Shown piece after piece: positions 28,882 through 38,735 of a DNA stretch of 45,657 nucleotides. The stretch's first letter is position 1; each line of letters opens with the position of its first letter. Under the pieces are notes generated by a model. That model was not told the origin of the DNA and made no database searches. It was given only the letters and a program-made list of their open reading frames with translations. This stretch comes from Arenimonas sp. Lineage in GTDB: Bacteria > Pseudomonadota > Gammaproteobacteria > Xanthomonadales > Xanthomonadaceae. The stretch is from positions 1-45,657 of the forward strand of contig JBDTTC010000371.1 of assembly GCA_039930825.1 (NCBI GenBank), given 5' to 3'. A program made the translations under genes and the position numbers.

Positions 28882-30420
28882 ATGACCGATATCGTTTTAA
28901 GCACCCTCAACGCCCGTTATGCCCATGCATCGCTAGGCCTGCGCTATCTGCGCTCGAATCTGGGCGAATTGCATGGCGCTTCATCGATTCGCGAATTCGT
29001 GATCGGCCAAAAAACCGAAGAAATGGTCGAAAAACTATTGGCCGACAAACCGAAAATCATCGGTATCGGCGTTTACATCTGGAATGTCGAAGAAAGCACG
29101 CGCTTGGTAGCGCAGCTAAAAGCGGTCGCACCGGAGATCATTATTGTATTGGGCGGTCCCGAAGTTAGTTACGAAACCGAACAGCAACGCATCTGCGAAT
29201 TGGCCGATTATGTGATCACAGGTTGGGGTGACGTCACGTTTGCGGTACTGGCCAAACAATTAATGAAAGACGAGCGACCGGAGAAAAAAATCATTGCAGG
29301 CGTACAAGCACCCTTGCCTGCCCTGGTGTTGCCATACAAAGAATTTACCGATGAAGACGTTAAGCAGCGCCATCTTTATGTCGAAGCCTCACGCGGCTGC
29401 CCGTTCAAATGCGAATTCTGCCTGTCGGCATTGGACAAGACCGCGTGGCCGTTTGAACTCGACCCGTTTTTGAACGAGCTGGAAATTCTGTATCAACGCG
29501 GTGCTCGTACTTTCAAATTCGTTGATCGCACTTTCAATTTGAAAGTGGACACTTCACTCGCGATTCTAGATTTCTTCCTGAAAAAACTCGAGCAGGCGCC
29601 CGATGACCCCATCTTCGCCCACTTCGAATTGATTCCGGATCATCTGCCGGAAAAACTCAAAGAGGAAATCGCGAAATTTCCGGCCGGCACTTTGCAATTT
29701 GAAATTGGCATCCAGACTTTTGATCCGGCTGTGCAGGCACGCGTATCGCGCCGCCAAAAAAATGAAGTCGCCGACACCAATATCCGCTGGCTGCGTGAAC
29801 ATAGCACGGCACATCTGCATGTCGATTTGATTGCCGGCTTGCCTGGCGAAGGCGTTGAGTCTTTTGCAAAAGGCTTTGATCGCCTGGTCGCTCTGGCACC
29901 ACATGAAATCCAGTTCGGTATTTTGAAGAGGTTGCGTGGCGCACCGATTGCAAGGCACACCAAAGAACACGGACTCAAATTCAATCCGGACCCGCCCTAC
30001 AATATTCTGGCGACCGATGTGATTGATTTCGCAACGATGCAAAGACTGTCACGCTTCTCGCGTTACTGGGACATCATCGCCAACTCGGGTCGTTATTCGC
30101 GAACACTGCCGATTTTGATGGCCGACAATGCCTTCGTGAATTTTCTGGCCTTCAGCGATTGGCTCTATGATAGAACCGGCAAGACCCACGCCATCGCACA
30201 CGAGCGCATGGTGCAATTTATTTTCGATTATCTGAGCGATGTTCGCGGGCTGGAAAAAGAAAAGCTGGCCGAAGACATCATTGCCGATTATCGTGCCGTG
30301 GGAGGTCGCACCCATTTTGATTTTGAAGCGCCAGGGCAGCGACCTTTGCCAAGGCCGCAAAAAGTTGCCGGTGGCACGCCGTCACGCCAAGCACGGCATT
30401 TGCAAGGCAATGCCACCTAA
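28882..30420 (+). CDS. B12-binding radical SAM protein (DUF4080-type)
   Basis: LNARYAHASLGL, GVYIWN, LGGPEVS, EASRGCPFKCEFC (CxxxCxxC), FVDRTFN, HVDLIAGLP. Confidence 0.88.
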   Translation: MTDIVLSTLNARYAHASLGLRYLRSNLGELHGASSIREFVIGQKTEEMVEKLLADKPKIIGIGVYIWNVEESTRLVAQLKAVAPEIIIVLGGPEVSYETEQQRICELADYVITGWGDVTFAVLAKQLMKDERPEKKIIAGVQAPLPALVLPYKEFTDEDVKQRHLYVEASRGCPFKCEFCLSALDKTAWPFELDPFLNELEILYQRGARTFKFVDRTFNLKVDTSLAILDFFLKKLEQAPDDPIFAHFELIPDHLPEKLKEEIAKFPAGTLQFEIGIQTFDPAVQARVSRRQKNEVADTNIRWLREHSTAHLHVDLIAGLPGEGVESFAKGFDRLVALAPHEIQFGILKRLRGAPIARHTKEHGLKFNPDPPYNILATDVIDFATMQRLSRFSRYWDIIANSGRYSRTLPILMADNAFVNFLAFSDWLYDRTGKTHAIAHERMVQFIFDYLSDVRGLEKEKLAEDIIADYRAVGGRTHFDFEAPGQRPLPRPQKVAGGTPSRQARHLQGNAT

Positions 30421-30425
30421 TTGGA

Positions 30426-31712
30426 ATGACAATGAGCGACGCAGAAAAGGATTCAAATCAGATTTCCAAACTGACAACTCCCACTTGGGAAATGGAGTTG
30501 CTCATTTCCGGTGCAACTGTTTTTAGTTTGCTGCAGTTGCCAGCGCCGCTTTATGGCTATCTTTCCAATGCTGGAGAGATGCATGGTGAAACGGTCTATC
30601 AAGCGATTAAAATCTTCAGCATCTATGTTCAGTTCTCGCTCTGGATCTTGATCGTTACTTTTGTATTGCATTTATTCATGCGCGGCTATTGGATTGCCCT
30701 GGTAGGTATGAGCTCTGTTTTTCCAAAGGGAATACAATGGGAAAAACTGAGTGGCTATGGCCCGATCTACAAAAAAAATCTCGAAGAAAATAATTCCAGC
30801 ATGTCTGAGTTAATTGAGATTGCCGACAATCGTGCGACAGTCGTTTTCGGCCTTGGTTTTGGAATTTCGTTAACCATGATTTTGCTGAGCGTATTGCTGG
30901 GTCTGCTGATAGCCGTCCTGCTGGCAATGCAGGTATTCGGTATTAATGCAAAGTCCGATAACATTATTGTAATTACGCTCGGACTTTTTATGCTCCCGTA
31001 TTTATTTGTCTATAGTATTGATAAATATTTCGGCACCAAACTGGTTAATGGAAAAATGGGAACCGGACTTGGAAAAATGATTGGTTTTTACAATGCGATC
31101 GGGTTTGGCCGAAGCAGCATTCTGATTAATTTGTATAGAACCAATCAAAGTCGGCATAAAGCTTATTTAATGTTTGCCTTGATGACAGCCATGGGGGTCG
31201 GAAGCATGTTATTGCTATCGCTAAATCGTCTCGATGGCGGAGCCTACGATGCCTTGCCATCCTCGGGCCGAAATAGTGGGCTGGAAGCTCCCGTCAATTA
31301 CTACGCATCGCTTCGGGAACAAGCCGGCAGCCAGTCAGTCCTGCCTTATATCGAAAGCCCGGTAAGCAGTGGCCCTTATTTGCGTTTATTTGTGCCTTAT
31401 GTCCCGAGACGTTATAACGAGGTATTGCAAAAACAATGCCCGCAGGCCTTGGTTAAAAAGGCAGCGAATTTAGGAGAAGGGCTAAGCTGTCTATCGAAAC
31501 TACTCGCGATTTCGATTGACGGTAAATTAATGCCCGTCGATTTAATGGCAAGTAGCGATCCGCAAACCGGTCAGCGCGGCATGATGGCGATGATTCCGAT
31601 TGAAACAATAGAATCGGGAAAGCATGAATTGAGTTTGGTATCGCTGAAACAAAATGAAGACGATGAGAAACCGGAAAAAGCGAATGTCCTTATCATTCCC
31701 TTCTGGAAATAA
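30426..31712 (+). CDS. Hypothetical multi-pass membrane protein
   Basis: TWEMELLISG, HLFMRGYWIALVG, C-terminal IPFWK; several TMs. Confidence 0.7.
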   Translation: MTMSDAEKDSNQISKLTTPTWEMELLISGATVFSLLQLPAPLYGYLSNAGEMHGETVYQAIKIFSIYVQFSLWILIVTFVLHLFMRGYWIALVGMSSVFPKGIQWEKLSGYGPIYKKNLEENNSSMSELIEIADNRATVVFGLGFGISLTMILLSVLLGLLIAVLLAMQVFGINAKSDNIIVITLGLFMLPYLFVYSIDKYFGTKLVNGKMGTGLGKMIGFYNAIGFGRSSILINLYRTNQSRHKAYLMFALMTAMGVGSMLLLSLNRLDGGAYDALPSSGRNSGLEAPVNYYASLREQAGSQSVLPYIESPVSSGPYLRLFVPYVPRRYNEVLQKQCPQALVKKAANLGEGLSCLSKLLAISIDGKLMPVDLMASSDPQTGQRGMMAMIPIETIESGKHELSLVSLKQNEDDEKPEKANVLIIPFWK

Positions 31713-31789
31713 TGCGTAGGAATTGAGACTGGCTGGAAACATCCCGCTTTTACGTTAAGCTTAAAACCACGTAAGCGAACTACGCGCAC

Positions 31790-32740
31790 ATGAACCAGCA
31801 AAACACCTCGCAAGCTGTTTATTATATTGCCAGCCGCTGCCCGAGCTGCGGTGCCGCTAAATCGCGGCCATCGGCTACCGCTTACGTGTATTGTGATTTT
31901 TGCGGCAGCTTGGCCGATTACGATTTCAAGAAAGCCTGCGAGCAGCCAAAAGATTTGCCCGGGCCAGTCTATGAAAAACTGGCAGCGGCATTGAAGCCGC
32001 AATGCGAAAAAGCCGTGCTGGCCAATGACCGAAAAAAATATCTCGACAACCAGATGAAACTTTTCGATGCCTGGGTCGGTGCCTGTCCGAATGCCGTGCC
32101 GGTACGTGTGAAAGATTCCGATTTCAAAAAACAGTACGTTGCCCATATGGCCGAATGTGCGACGGCCTCCGCCTTTGATCAGGTGTCGAAAAAAATATCC
32201 GAGGACATGAGCGCGGCGACTGCGAAATTGGTCTGGAAACAGCAAGGCGCCAAGATGTGGTGTACGCAGGAAAGCTTTATGCCGGTATTGAAAACCGTGG
32301 TCGACACTATGGAACGCTGTTATTCCGATGAGATGCAGCAGCAATACACGCCGCACCCCGATGGTGCGACGGCACCGCTTCTGAAGCGAGTCGGTAACGC
32401 CCTGTTCGTGCAGGGCTGGCTGCCCTATCTCGATGAAGATACGGCGAAAATTCTTCTGGAAAAAACTGGTTTGGCGCAGGAATACCTGAAAGCGGAAAAC
32501 TTTGACGCGACCGAACTGACCTGCGGCCATTGCAAAAACCAGGTGCCTGTTTTCGCCGGTGCGAAACAATGTGTTTGCGAACAATGCGGGAGTAAATTGG
32601 AAGTTACGCAGGGAATTAATTGCGATGGTTGTGGCTGCCATCTGGTAGTGGATAAAAACATCAGCGGCTTTCCCTGCCCACAATGCCAACGCAAGATCGA
32701 GCGTGTTGGCTCACAATGGCCGAGTGCGTTCGTCATTTAG
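31790..32740 (+). CDS. Hypothetical protein with six CxxC pairs (multiple zinc ribbons)
   Basis: CPSC and CDFC at the N-terminus; CGHC, CEQC, CDGC, CPQC at the C-terminus. Confidence 0.7.
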   Translation: MNQQNTSQAVYYIASRCPSCGAAKSRPSATAYVYCDFCGSLADYDFKKACEQPKDLPGPVYEKLAAALKPQCEKAVLANDRKKYLDNQMKLFDAWVGACPNAVPVRVKDSDFKKQYVAHMAECATASAFDQVSKKISEDMSAATAKLVWKQQGAKMWCTQESFMPVLKTVVDTMERCYSDEMQQQYTPHPDGATAPLLKRVGNALFVQGWLPYLDEDTAKILLEKTGLAQEYLKAENFDATELTCGHCKNQVPVFAGAKQCVCEQCGSKLEVTQGINCDGCGCHLVVDKNISGFPCPQCQRKIERVGSQWPSAFVI

Positions 32741-32768
32741 CTGCTAGTGATGACAATGGCGCGCATTC

Positions 32769-33060
32769 ATGGGAGCGCCGTCAGGCGCGAATATTTCAAT
32801 GAGGTGTGCAGATTTAGAAGTATCGTCTTCTGGTGAAGAGTGACAATGCTTTGCAACAGCAAAGTTGTTCATATGACAGCGTTACTTTGATGCCTGGAGC
32901 TATTCGGTTTCGATAGACCAGTTAAAGGGTCATCATTTGTAATTGGAACTATTTCCGAAGTGATAGATGTCGCTCTAGAACCAACAATCTCTGGCGAGCC
33001 GGCACTCATGTTGAACTAGAAGTCATCGCAGATTTTTTCGCGCCTGACGGGCGCTTCCAC
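32769..33060. repeat. REP-like inverted pair flanking a ~245-bp non-coding spacer (MITE/REPIN-like)
   Basis: ATGGGAGCGCCGTCAGGCGCGAA (32769-32791) is the near reverse complement of TTCGCGCCTGACGGGCGCTTCCAC (33037-33060). Confidence 0.65.
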
Positions 33061-33174
33061 GGGAGTCATAGTCATATTTACCAGCCAGCCAGCATCACGC
33101 AGGATTATTTGCAGGATTGGCGATAGAATCCAGTTTCCGGTGTATGCCGGACTTTCATTAAATAGGAGTTTGCC

Positions 33175-34239
33175 ATGGGTATTACCGATTTCCTCAAGGG
33201 CCAGTTACTCGAAATTATCGAATGGACCGATGATTCACGAGACACGCTGTCGTATCGTTTTCCCGATGACGATAAGGAAATAAAGAACGGCGCCCAGCTG
33301 ATCGTGCGTGAATCGCAGCAGGTGCAATTCGTTGCCGCTGGCAAATATGGCGATTTGTTCAATCCCGGCAAGCACACACTCAGTACCGAGAACATTCCGA
33401 TTCTTTCCACCATTCTTGGCTGGAAATACGGTTTTAATTCCCCGTTCAAATGCGATGTTTACTACATCAACACGCGTTTGTTCACCGGCAATAAATGGGG
33501 TACCTCGAATCCGGTCATGATGCGTGACAAGGATTTCGGCGTAGTGCGTTTACGCGCTTTTGGTACCTATGATTTCCGAATTATCGATGCGCCAAAATTC
33601 CTGAAAGAAATCGCCGGCACCGACCAGAATTTCCGTCTGGACGAATTTGCCGACACTATGCGCTCACGCATTATTAGCGTGTTCACCGATGCGCTCGCGA
33701 CTGCCAATGTGCCGGCGCTGGATGTGGCTTCGCGCTACACCGAAATGGGCGATGCCTTGTTGCCGATTATCAATCCGCAAGTGGTGGAAAAATACGGCAT
33801 CGAAATTACCAGCTTCCTGCTGGAAAATGTTTCCGTACCACCGGAAGTGGAGCAGGCCATCGACAAGCGTTCCAGCATGGGCGTGATTGGCAACTTGAAT
33901 GATTACGTGAAATACCAGATGGGCCAATCGATGACGATGGGCGGCGAAGCTTCAGCCGCAGCTACCACCGCACAAATGGGTGTGGGCTTTGCGATGGCGC
34001 AGGAAATGGCGCGCGGCATGCAGCAACAAAATACCGCAGCACCGGCAGCCCAGACAACGGCTGCACCAGCCGCAGGTGGCCTGGAAGTGCTGACACCGGA
34101 ACAAGCGGCCCAGACACTGGGTGTTTCGGTTGAAGACGTGATGGCTTCGATTACTGCCGGTGATTTGAAAGCCAGAAAAATCGGCAGTGCTTATCGCATT
34201 GCAAAAAGTGCGCTTGAAGAATTCCTGAAAGGCGCATGA
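33175..34239 (+). CDS. SPFH/band-7 (YdjI-like) protein with a C-terminal excisionase-type HTH
   Basis: EIIEWTD, IKNGAQLIVRESQ, KWGTSNPVMMRD, ENVSVPPEVE; tail LTPEQAAQTLGVS...LKARKIGSAYRIAKSALEEFL. Confidence 0.85.
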   Translation: MGITDFLKGQLLEIIEWTDDSRDTLSYRFPDDDKEIKNGAQLIVRESQQVQFVAAGKYGDLFNPGKHTLSTENIPILSTILGWKYGFNSPFKCDVYYINTRLFTGNKWGTSNPVMMRDKDFGVVRLRAFGTYDFRIIDAPKFLKEIAGTDQNFRLDEFADTMRSRIISVFTDALATANVPALDVASRYTEMGDALLPIINPQVVEKYGIEITSFLLENVSVPPEVEQAIDKRSSMGVIGNLNDYVKYQMGQSMTMGGEASAAATTAQMGVGFAMAQEMARGMQQQNTAAPAAQTTAAPAAGGLEVLTPEQAAQTLGVSVEDVMASITAGDLKARKIGSAYRIAKSALEEFLKGA

Positions 34240-35339
34240 GCAACGCGACGGTTGGCAAACATCCCTGTCCGGAATGTGGCGGGGATTTGCAATGGAATGC
34301 CGGCAAGCAATCACTGGCCTGCCCCTATTGCGGCACGATTGTGCCCTGGAAAAATGCCGAAGCCGGCTCGCCGGGCGATATTGTTGAGAATGATCTGACC
34401 TTTGCCTTGGAAAAACATCCCGTAGATCAACGTGGTTGGGGTGAAGAAAAACGTGAAGTGAAATGCCAAAGTTGTCAGGCAATTTCGGTTTTTATCGGTG
34501 GCAAGGTAGCTCAGCGCTGCGAGTTTTGCGGTTCGCCTTCGATTATCGATCATGAAAGCGAGCGCGATGCGATTACACCGCAATATGTATTGCCGTTCAA
34601 AATTAGTGATGGACAAGTGCGTGACAGCATACGTAAATGGTATGGCTCGCATTGGTTTGCACCGAATAAATTAAAGAACAGCGCACTGACCGATACATTG
34701 AAAGGTGTGTACCTGCCATATTGGACCTTCGATTCGCATGTGCATGCCGACTGGACGGCGGAAGCCGGCCATTATTACTACACTACCGAAAGCTATCGCG
34801 ATGGTCAGGGTCGCACGCAAACCAAACAGGTGCGGCATACCCGCTGGGTACCGGCTAACGGTGATCTGGATCATTTTTTTGATGACGAGTTAATTCCCGG
34901 CACTGCCGGCGTGCATCCTGAATTACTGCGAAAAGTCGAACCGTTCCCGACCTTGACTGATCTGAAAAATTATTCGCCGGAATTTGTTCGCGGCTGGACG
35001 GTCGAGCGCTATCAAATCGATTTGCACAAGGCGGCCGATCTCAATCAACAGGACATGCAGCAAAAAACCGAAGCCTTATGCGGATCGGCAGTACCCGGCG
35101 ATACCTACCGAAATTTGAATGTCGATGCCGATTTTAAGGGTCGCACGTTCAAGCATGTGTTGGTGCCGGTCTGGCTGGTGACTTATACCTACGGCAGCAA
35201 AAATTTCCAGGTACTTGCAAACGGCTATACCGGATCGCTGGCAGGTGAATATCCAAAGAGCTGGATCAAGATATTCTTTGCCGTGATGCTGGTTTTGTTT
35301 GTCGTCATGATGTTGTTTGTCGCTGGCGCGAATAATTGA
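34236..35339 (+). CDS. Zinc-ribbon membrane protein (YdjG-like)
   Basis: CPECGG, CPYCG, CQSC, CEFCG; GVYLPYWTFD; NGYTG; C-terminal TM; ATGA-coupled to the SPFH gene. Confidence 0.8.
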   Translation: MSNATVGKHPCPECGGDLQWNAGKQSLACPYCGTIVPWKNAEAGSPGDIVENDLTFALEKHPVDQRGWGEEKREVKCQSCQAISVFIGGKVAQRCEFCGSPSIIDHESERDAITPQYVLPFKISDGQVRDSIRKWYGSHWFAPNKLKNSALTDTLKGVYLPYWTFDSHVHADWTAEAGHYYYTTESYRDGQGRTQTKQVRHTRWVPANGDLDHFFDDELIPGTAGVHPELLRKVEPFPTLTDLKNYSPEFVRGWTVERYQIDLHKAADLNQQDMQQKTEALCGSAVPGDTYRNLNVDADFKGRTFKHVLVPVWLVTYTYGSKNFQVLANGYTGSLAGEYPKSWIKIFFAVMLVLFVVMMLFVAGANN

Positions 35340-35349
35340 TTTTACATAC

Positions 35350-35469
35350 CGTAGGGGCGCCTGCTTGCTGCACCCATGGTCTGTCGTGATGTTTGGGCGC
35401 GGCAAGCAAGCGCCCCTACGGGTGGGCCGGATGTCGTGTGTTTGAGCGCAGCAAGCAGCGCCCCCTACG
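35350..35469. repeat. GTAG-family REP cluster (one inverted pair plus a third copy)
   Basis: CGTAGGGGCGCCTGCTTGCTGCACCC / GGGCGCGGCAAGCAAGCGCCCCTACG / GAGCGCAGCAAGCAGCGCCCCCTACG, between convergent genes. Confidence 0.8.
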
Positions 35470-35484
35470 GATTACCTCAGACAA

Positions 35485-35985
35485 TCAAACTTCGACTCGA
35501 TTCACCCTGCTACGCCACATCAAATGACCAATTGCATAGGTCACGTAATACGCGCCGAGCGTTCCCAGAATTGCCAGTGTAAACGGGCTGCTGCCGAAAC
35601 TATTTGCTGAAGCGATAGTGGAGACCTGTACGACGCGATAAATCAGACGGCCTACTAGCAATAGAGACAATGCAATACCAAGATGCGCATTGGGCGTATA
35701 AAAAAGTCCTTCCTCGGTCTTTTCGAACTTTGTCAGCTTGAGTCCGTAAATACCCAAGGCAATACCTGCGGCCGCGCCTCCCAGCAAGGCACCTAAAGCC
35801 GCGGGATGCGTCATTGAGGCAATCGCGATCAGAGTAAGTAGGGTCGGAAATGCGATCGCCGTAATCCAGGGCCGAACCGATGTTGATCGCTGACGACCGA
35901 CCATGCGGCGAATACGCGAATACATGCGCCAGCCAATGAGCGGCGACATGACGAGAATGGCAATAAGTTGCGGACTGGTAGTCAT
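35485..35985 (-). CDS. DUF1453/CcdC-like membrane protein
   Basis: RMYSRIRRMVGRQ, LTKFE, FYTPNAHLGIALSLLLVGRLIYR. Confidence 0.7.
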   Translation of the reverse strand: MTTSPQLIAILVMSPLIGWRMYSRIRRMVGRQRSTSVRPWITAIAFPTLLTLIAIASMTHPAALGALLGGAAAGIALGIYGLKLTKFEKTEEGLFYTPNAHLGIALSLLLVGRLIYRVVQVSTIASANSFGSSPFTLAILGTLGAYYVTYAIGHLMWRSRVNRVEV

Positions 35986-36034
35986 AAATATTTTTCTGTT
36001 TGGAATATTAAAATACAAAATGGCAACGGCGAGA

Positions 36035-36424
36035 TCAATGCATAGCCCGTTGCACAAGTACGGTATCGGTATGTTGCGTGAATGTGATGACCTTGTCACC
36101 GGAAAATTTCCATACATGCACCATGGGCGCCTTGAAACTCTTGCCGGTTACCTTATAGGTGCCACTGTATTCGCCCAGTGCAATCACGGTATCGCCACTG
36201 CCAAGCAGCTCGTGCGGTGATGCGGTAAATCCTTCCCATTCAGCACCGATTTTCATGAAAACGTTCTGTAATACGGCGTCTGCTCCGATATAGGTTCCGC
36301 CGTATGGAAAGCCTTCCGCTTCAGTCCAGCTGGCATTCGGAGCAAGTACCGAAAGTACTGCGGGAATATCGCCATATGCGAATGCGGCATAGACATTTTT
36401 AATTGCTTCAAGATGATCAGACAT
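36035..36424 (-). CDS. SnoaL/NTF2-like protein
   Basis: YAAFAYGDI, WTEAEGFPYGGTYIG, HVWKF, QHTDT. Confidence 0.85.
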   Translation of the reverse strand: MSDHLEAIKNVYAAFAYGDIPAVLSVLAPNASWTEAEGFPYGGTYIGADAVLQNVFMKIGAEWEGFTASPHELLGSGDTVIALGEYSGTYKVTGKSFKAPMVHVWKFSGDKVITFTQHTDTVLVQRAMH

Positions 36425-36457
36425 TGCAGGTTCTCTCTGTCATTACTTCGATGGTAA

Positions 36458-36925
36458 TTATTTTCTACCGTCATCGTGGATATGTATTATCGAAAACCCG
36501 CCCTTGCCACCCGTTTTCGAATAAGCAGTAACACGTACTTTAAAATCGAGAGCAGGTGCTATACCTGCTTCGAGCCAGCTGAATTGGAACGTTTGCTTGC
36601 CATTCGAATCGTAACCGATAACGGCTTTGTCGCTGAATGAATCAGTCGGAGCTATACCTTCGATAACGCTGAAGCTGTAGGCATACGCAGCGGGCTCGGC
36701 AGTGATGGCCAGTATTATCCGGCCAAGATCCGAACAAGAGTCGGGGCGGTCTCCACCGCGGGTCATATGTTCAATCGAGACTTTTGGCGCGCCTGGAGCA
36801 ATAATTTTTTCTTCGGCATTACTGGCCATGAAGTTTACGTGCGTGTTCGCCATCGGTGAGCAGGCAAACAAATGGCTTGGAATAATTGCAAAGGCAATAG
36901 TGGTAACGAAGAAAATTGTTTTCAT
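36458..36925 (-). CDS. Secreted hypothetical protein
   Basis: Signal peptide ending LFA-CS; SCSDLG motif. Confidence 0.65.
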   Translation of the reverse strand: MKTIFFVTTIAFAIIPSHLFACSPMANTHVNFMASNAEEKIIAPGAPKVSIEHMTRGGDRPDSCSDLGRIILAITAEPAAYAYSFSVIEGIAPTDSFSDKAVIGYDSNGKQTFQFSWLEAGIAPALDFKVRVTAYSKTGGKGGFSIIHIHDDGRK

Positions 36926-36953
36926 GTGTGTCCCTTGAAGATCACTAGAAGGT

Positions 36954-37370
36954 CTAGCCATAACGGAGTTTCATCTCGGCAACTGATTCGATGATGAGTT
37001 GTTTCAGGACCTTCAAATCCACATCAGTGAGTTTACGAATGTACAGACAGCACTTGCCCATTTTGTGTCGCCCAAGTTTTGCAAGTAACTGCTCCTGATT
37101 TACGCCACCGGCGGCCAGATAAACACTGATGTCGCCTTTGCGTGATGAGAAGCCCGTAAGGCAAGCATCGCCTTCGCGACCACTCGCGTATATGTAGTGG
37201 TAACTGCCGAACCCGACGATGCTCGTACCCCACATTCTTGGCGGCGCCTTCGTTATTTTGGACATCAGTGTGCTGATGGTTTCGCAATCCTTCCGACGCG
37301 CATCGTCTGTAATCGCGGACAGATATTCTTCTACGCTCGCATCGGTTTCCCTGGTCTTGTTTTCAGTCAC
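36954..37370 (-). CDS. DUF1801 (YdhG-like) protein
   Basis: GTG start after SD AAGGAG; MWGTSIVGFGSYHY, GFSSRK, LGRHKMGKCCLYI. Confidence 0.85.
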   Translation of the reverse strand: MTENKTRETDASVEEYLSAITDDARRKDCETISTLMSKITKAPPRMWGTSIVGFGSYHYIYASGREGDACLTGFSSRKGDISVYLAAGGVNQEQLLAKLGRHKMGKCCLYIRKLTDVDLKVLKQLIIESVAEMKLRYG

Positions 37371-37431
37371 GGCTAACTCCTTTTGGTATTTCCACGACCT
37401 GCAACCTGATGGTGTTTTGGCTGCAGCAGCT

Positions 37432-37857
37432 TTAGAAAACCAGGATCGCGGCTTTGTAGGTAAGGCCGAACAAAACCAATGATGACACGAAGAACAGAGC
37501 GAAGCGTGTCGGGATGTGGTTCCACAAAGTTTGGACCAGACTATGTACAACGCGAAGTACAACATAACCCCAAGCTAGCACTAGGCTGCTGTACGAAGTG
37601 TCGCCAAGTACGGCCAAGCTGATTGCCACTGCATAGAATGCAGTCGGTAGTTCCATCAGGTGATTGTAGTTGTCAGCCTTCCACCGAACGCTGGCGGGAA
37701 GCTGCGCCATCTGATCGCCCCTTGGCGCCATGGAATCCAGGACCATCCTCGCCTTGAGCACGGCGGGAATTCTGGTGGCATACATCCAGGCCCAAATTAC
37801 GGCAGTCCAAATAACAAGAGCTATCACGGGGGCGAGCATTTGGCTGGAAGGGTTCAT
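37432..37857 (-). CDS. MAPEG family membrane protein
   Basis: WMYATRIPA, ADNYNHLMELPTAFYA, RVVHSLVQ. Confidence 0.85.
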   Translation of the reverse strand: MNPSSQMLAPVIALVIWTAVIWAWMYATRIPAVLKARMVLDSMAPRGDQMAQLPASVRWKADNYNHLMELPTAFYAVAISLAVLGDTSYSSLVLAWGYVVLRVVHSLVQTLWNHIPTRFALFFVSSLVLFGLTYKAAILVF

Positions 37858-37913
37858 TAATTTACTCCTGTCAGGGCCATTTTGTGTCTGGGTTTGCGGC
37901 GTATGAATATAAC

Positions 37914-38309
37914 TTAGCTACGGTCGCGCTCGACCACAACTGCCGTGCCGTAACACAAAACTTCGGTAAGACCGGGCATGAGTTCGGTGGCGTCATACCT
38001 GACGCCAATAATCGCATTTGCCCGTTTTTGACGGGCATGCTGGAGCATGTCGCGATAGGTGTCTTGTCGAGCTTGTTCGCACAGCGTTGTATAAATCGTA
38101 ATATCACCGCCAAACAGCGACTGGAGTCCGCCGAGAAAATTGCCGACGACGGAACGGGACCTGACAATGATTCCCCTGACAACGCCAAGGCTTTCAACCA
38201 CGCGATAGCCAGGAAGCTCGAACGCAGTAGTGACCATGGCATCGGTTAGCAATGAATTACTGCCAGGATTTTGTGTAGCGATATGGTTGGAATTGTAGGG
38301 GTCTGTCAC
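37914..38309 (-). CDS. YbjQ/UPF0145 family protein
   Basis: TTAFELPGY, LGVVRGIIVRSR, ANAIIGVRYD, EVLCYGTAV. Confidence 0.88.
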   Translation of the reverse strand: MTDPYNSNHIATQNPGSNSLLTDAMVTTAFELPGYRVVESLGVVRGIIVRSRSVVGNFLGGLQSLFGGDITIYTTLCEQARQDTYRDMLQHARQKRANAIIGVRYDATELMPGLTEVLCYGTAVVVERDRS

Positions 38310-38645
38310 GAGATGCTCCTGCTTGATTGCGAAATAGGCAAATACTTTAGGTTTAACGATACTGCGAAATCAGTGATTCTGAATTATTGTATTTACGAGG
38401 GCCTTATGTGGGGGTAGAAATCAGTGAAGATAAGCGCAATGGGTACGAACAGCATAATTGGCGATTCCGTTGGTAAAGTCTAGATTGAAAAAGTCGCCGC
38501 GCAGTACACAGTTGCCCATTCTGTTGCCGATACTTGCTGTACCGGCAAACTTGGCAATAAAGCAGAAAACCGTGAATACGGACTGGGCATGTCTCGCGTT
38601 CCTCCTCTTGCTTTGTAAAACAAATTTTCTAGTTCAAACACATTT

Positions 38646-38735
38646 TTGTTTTTCAATCTCGAAGACAGCTATGCACCAGATATCAAACTTTAAACTAGCA
38701 TTTTCACTCAAGTCAGCTTGATTTCTTAGTTGAGC
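38646..38735 (-). mobile_element. Degenerate attC site (90-bp family)
   Basis: Minus: GCTCAAC TAAGA AATCAAG...GTGAAAAT...GTTTGATATCTGGTGC aligns with the attC at 41188-41277; right arm eroded. Confidence 0.6.

Noticed and set aside
28882-30420. B12 radical SAM plus TldD/E as a RiPP biosynthetic cluster
   Set aside because: The genes are 12 kb apart with unrelated operons between them, and no precursor peptide, YcaO or RRE partner is visible.
31571-32689. 372-aa minus-strand ORF
   Set aside because: It is the antisense shadow of the CxxC-rich plus-strand gene and has no recognizable motifs.
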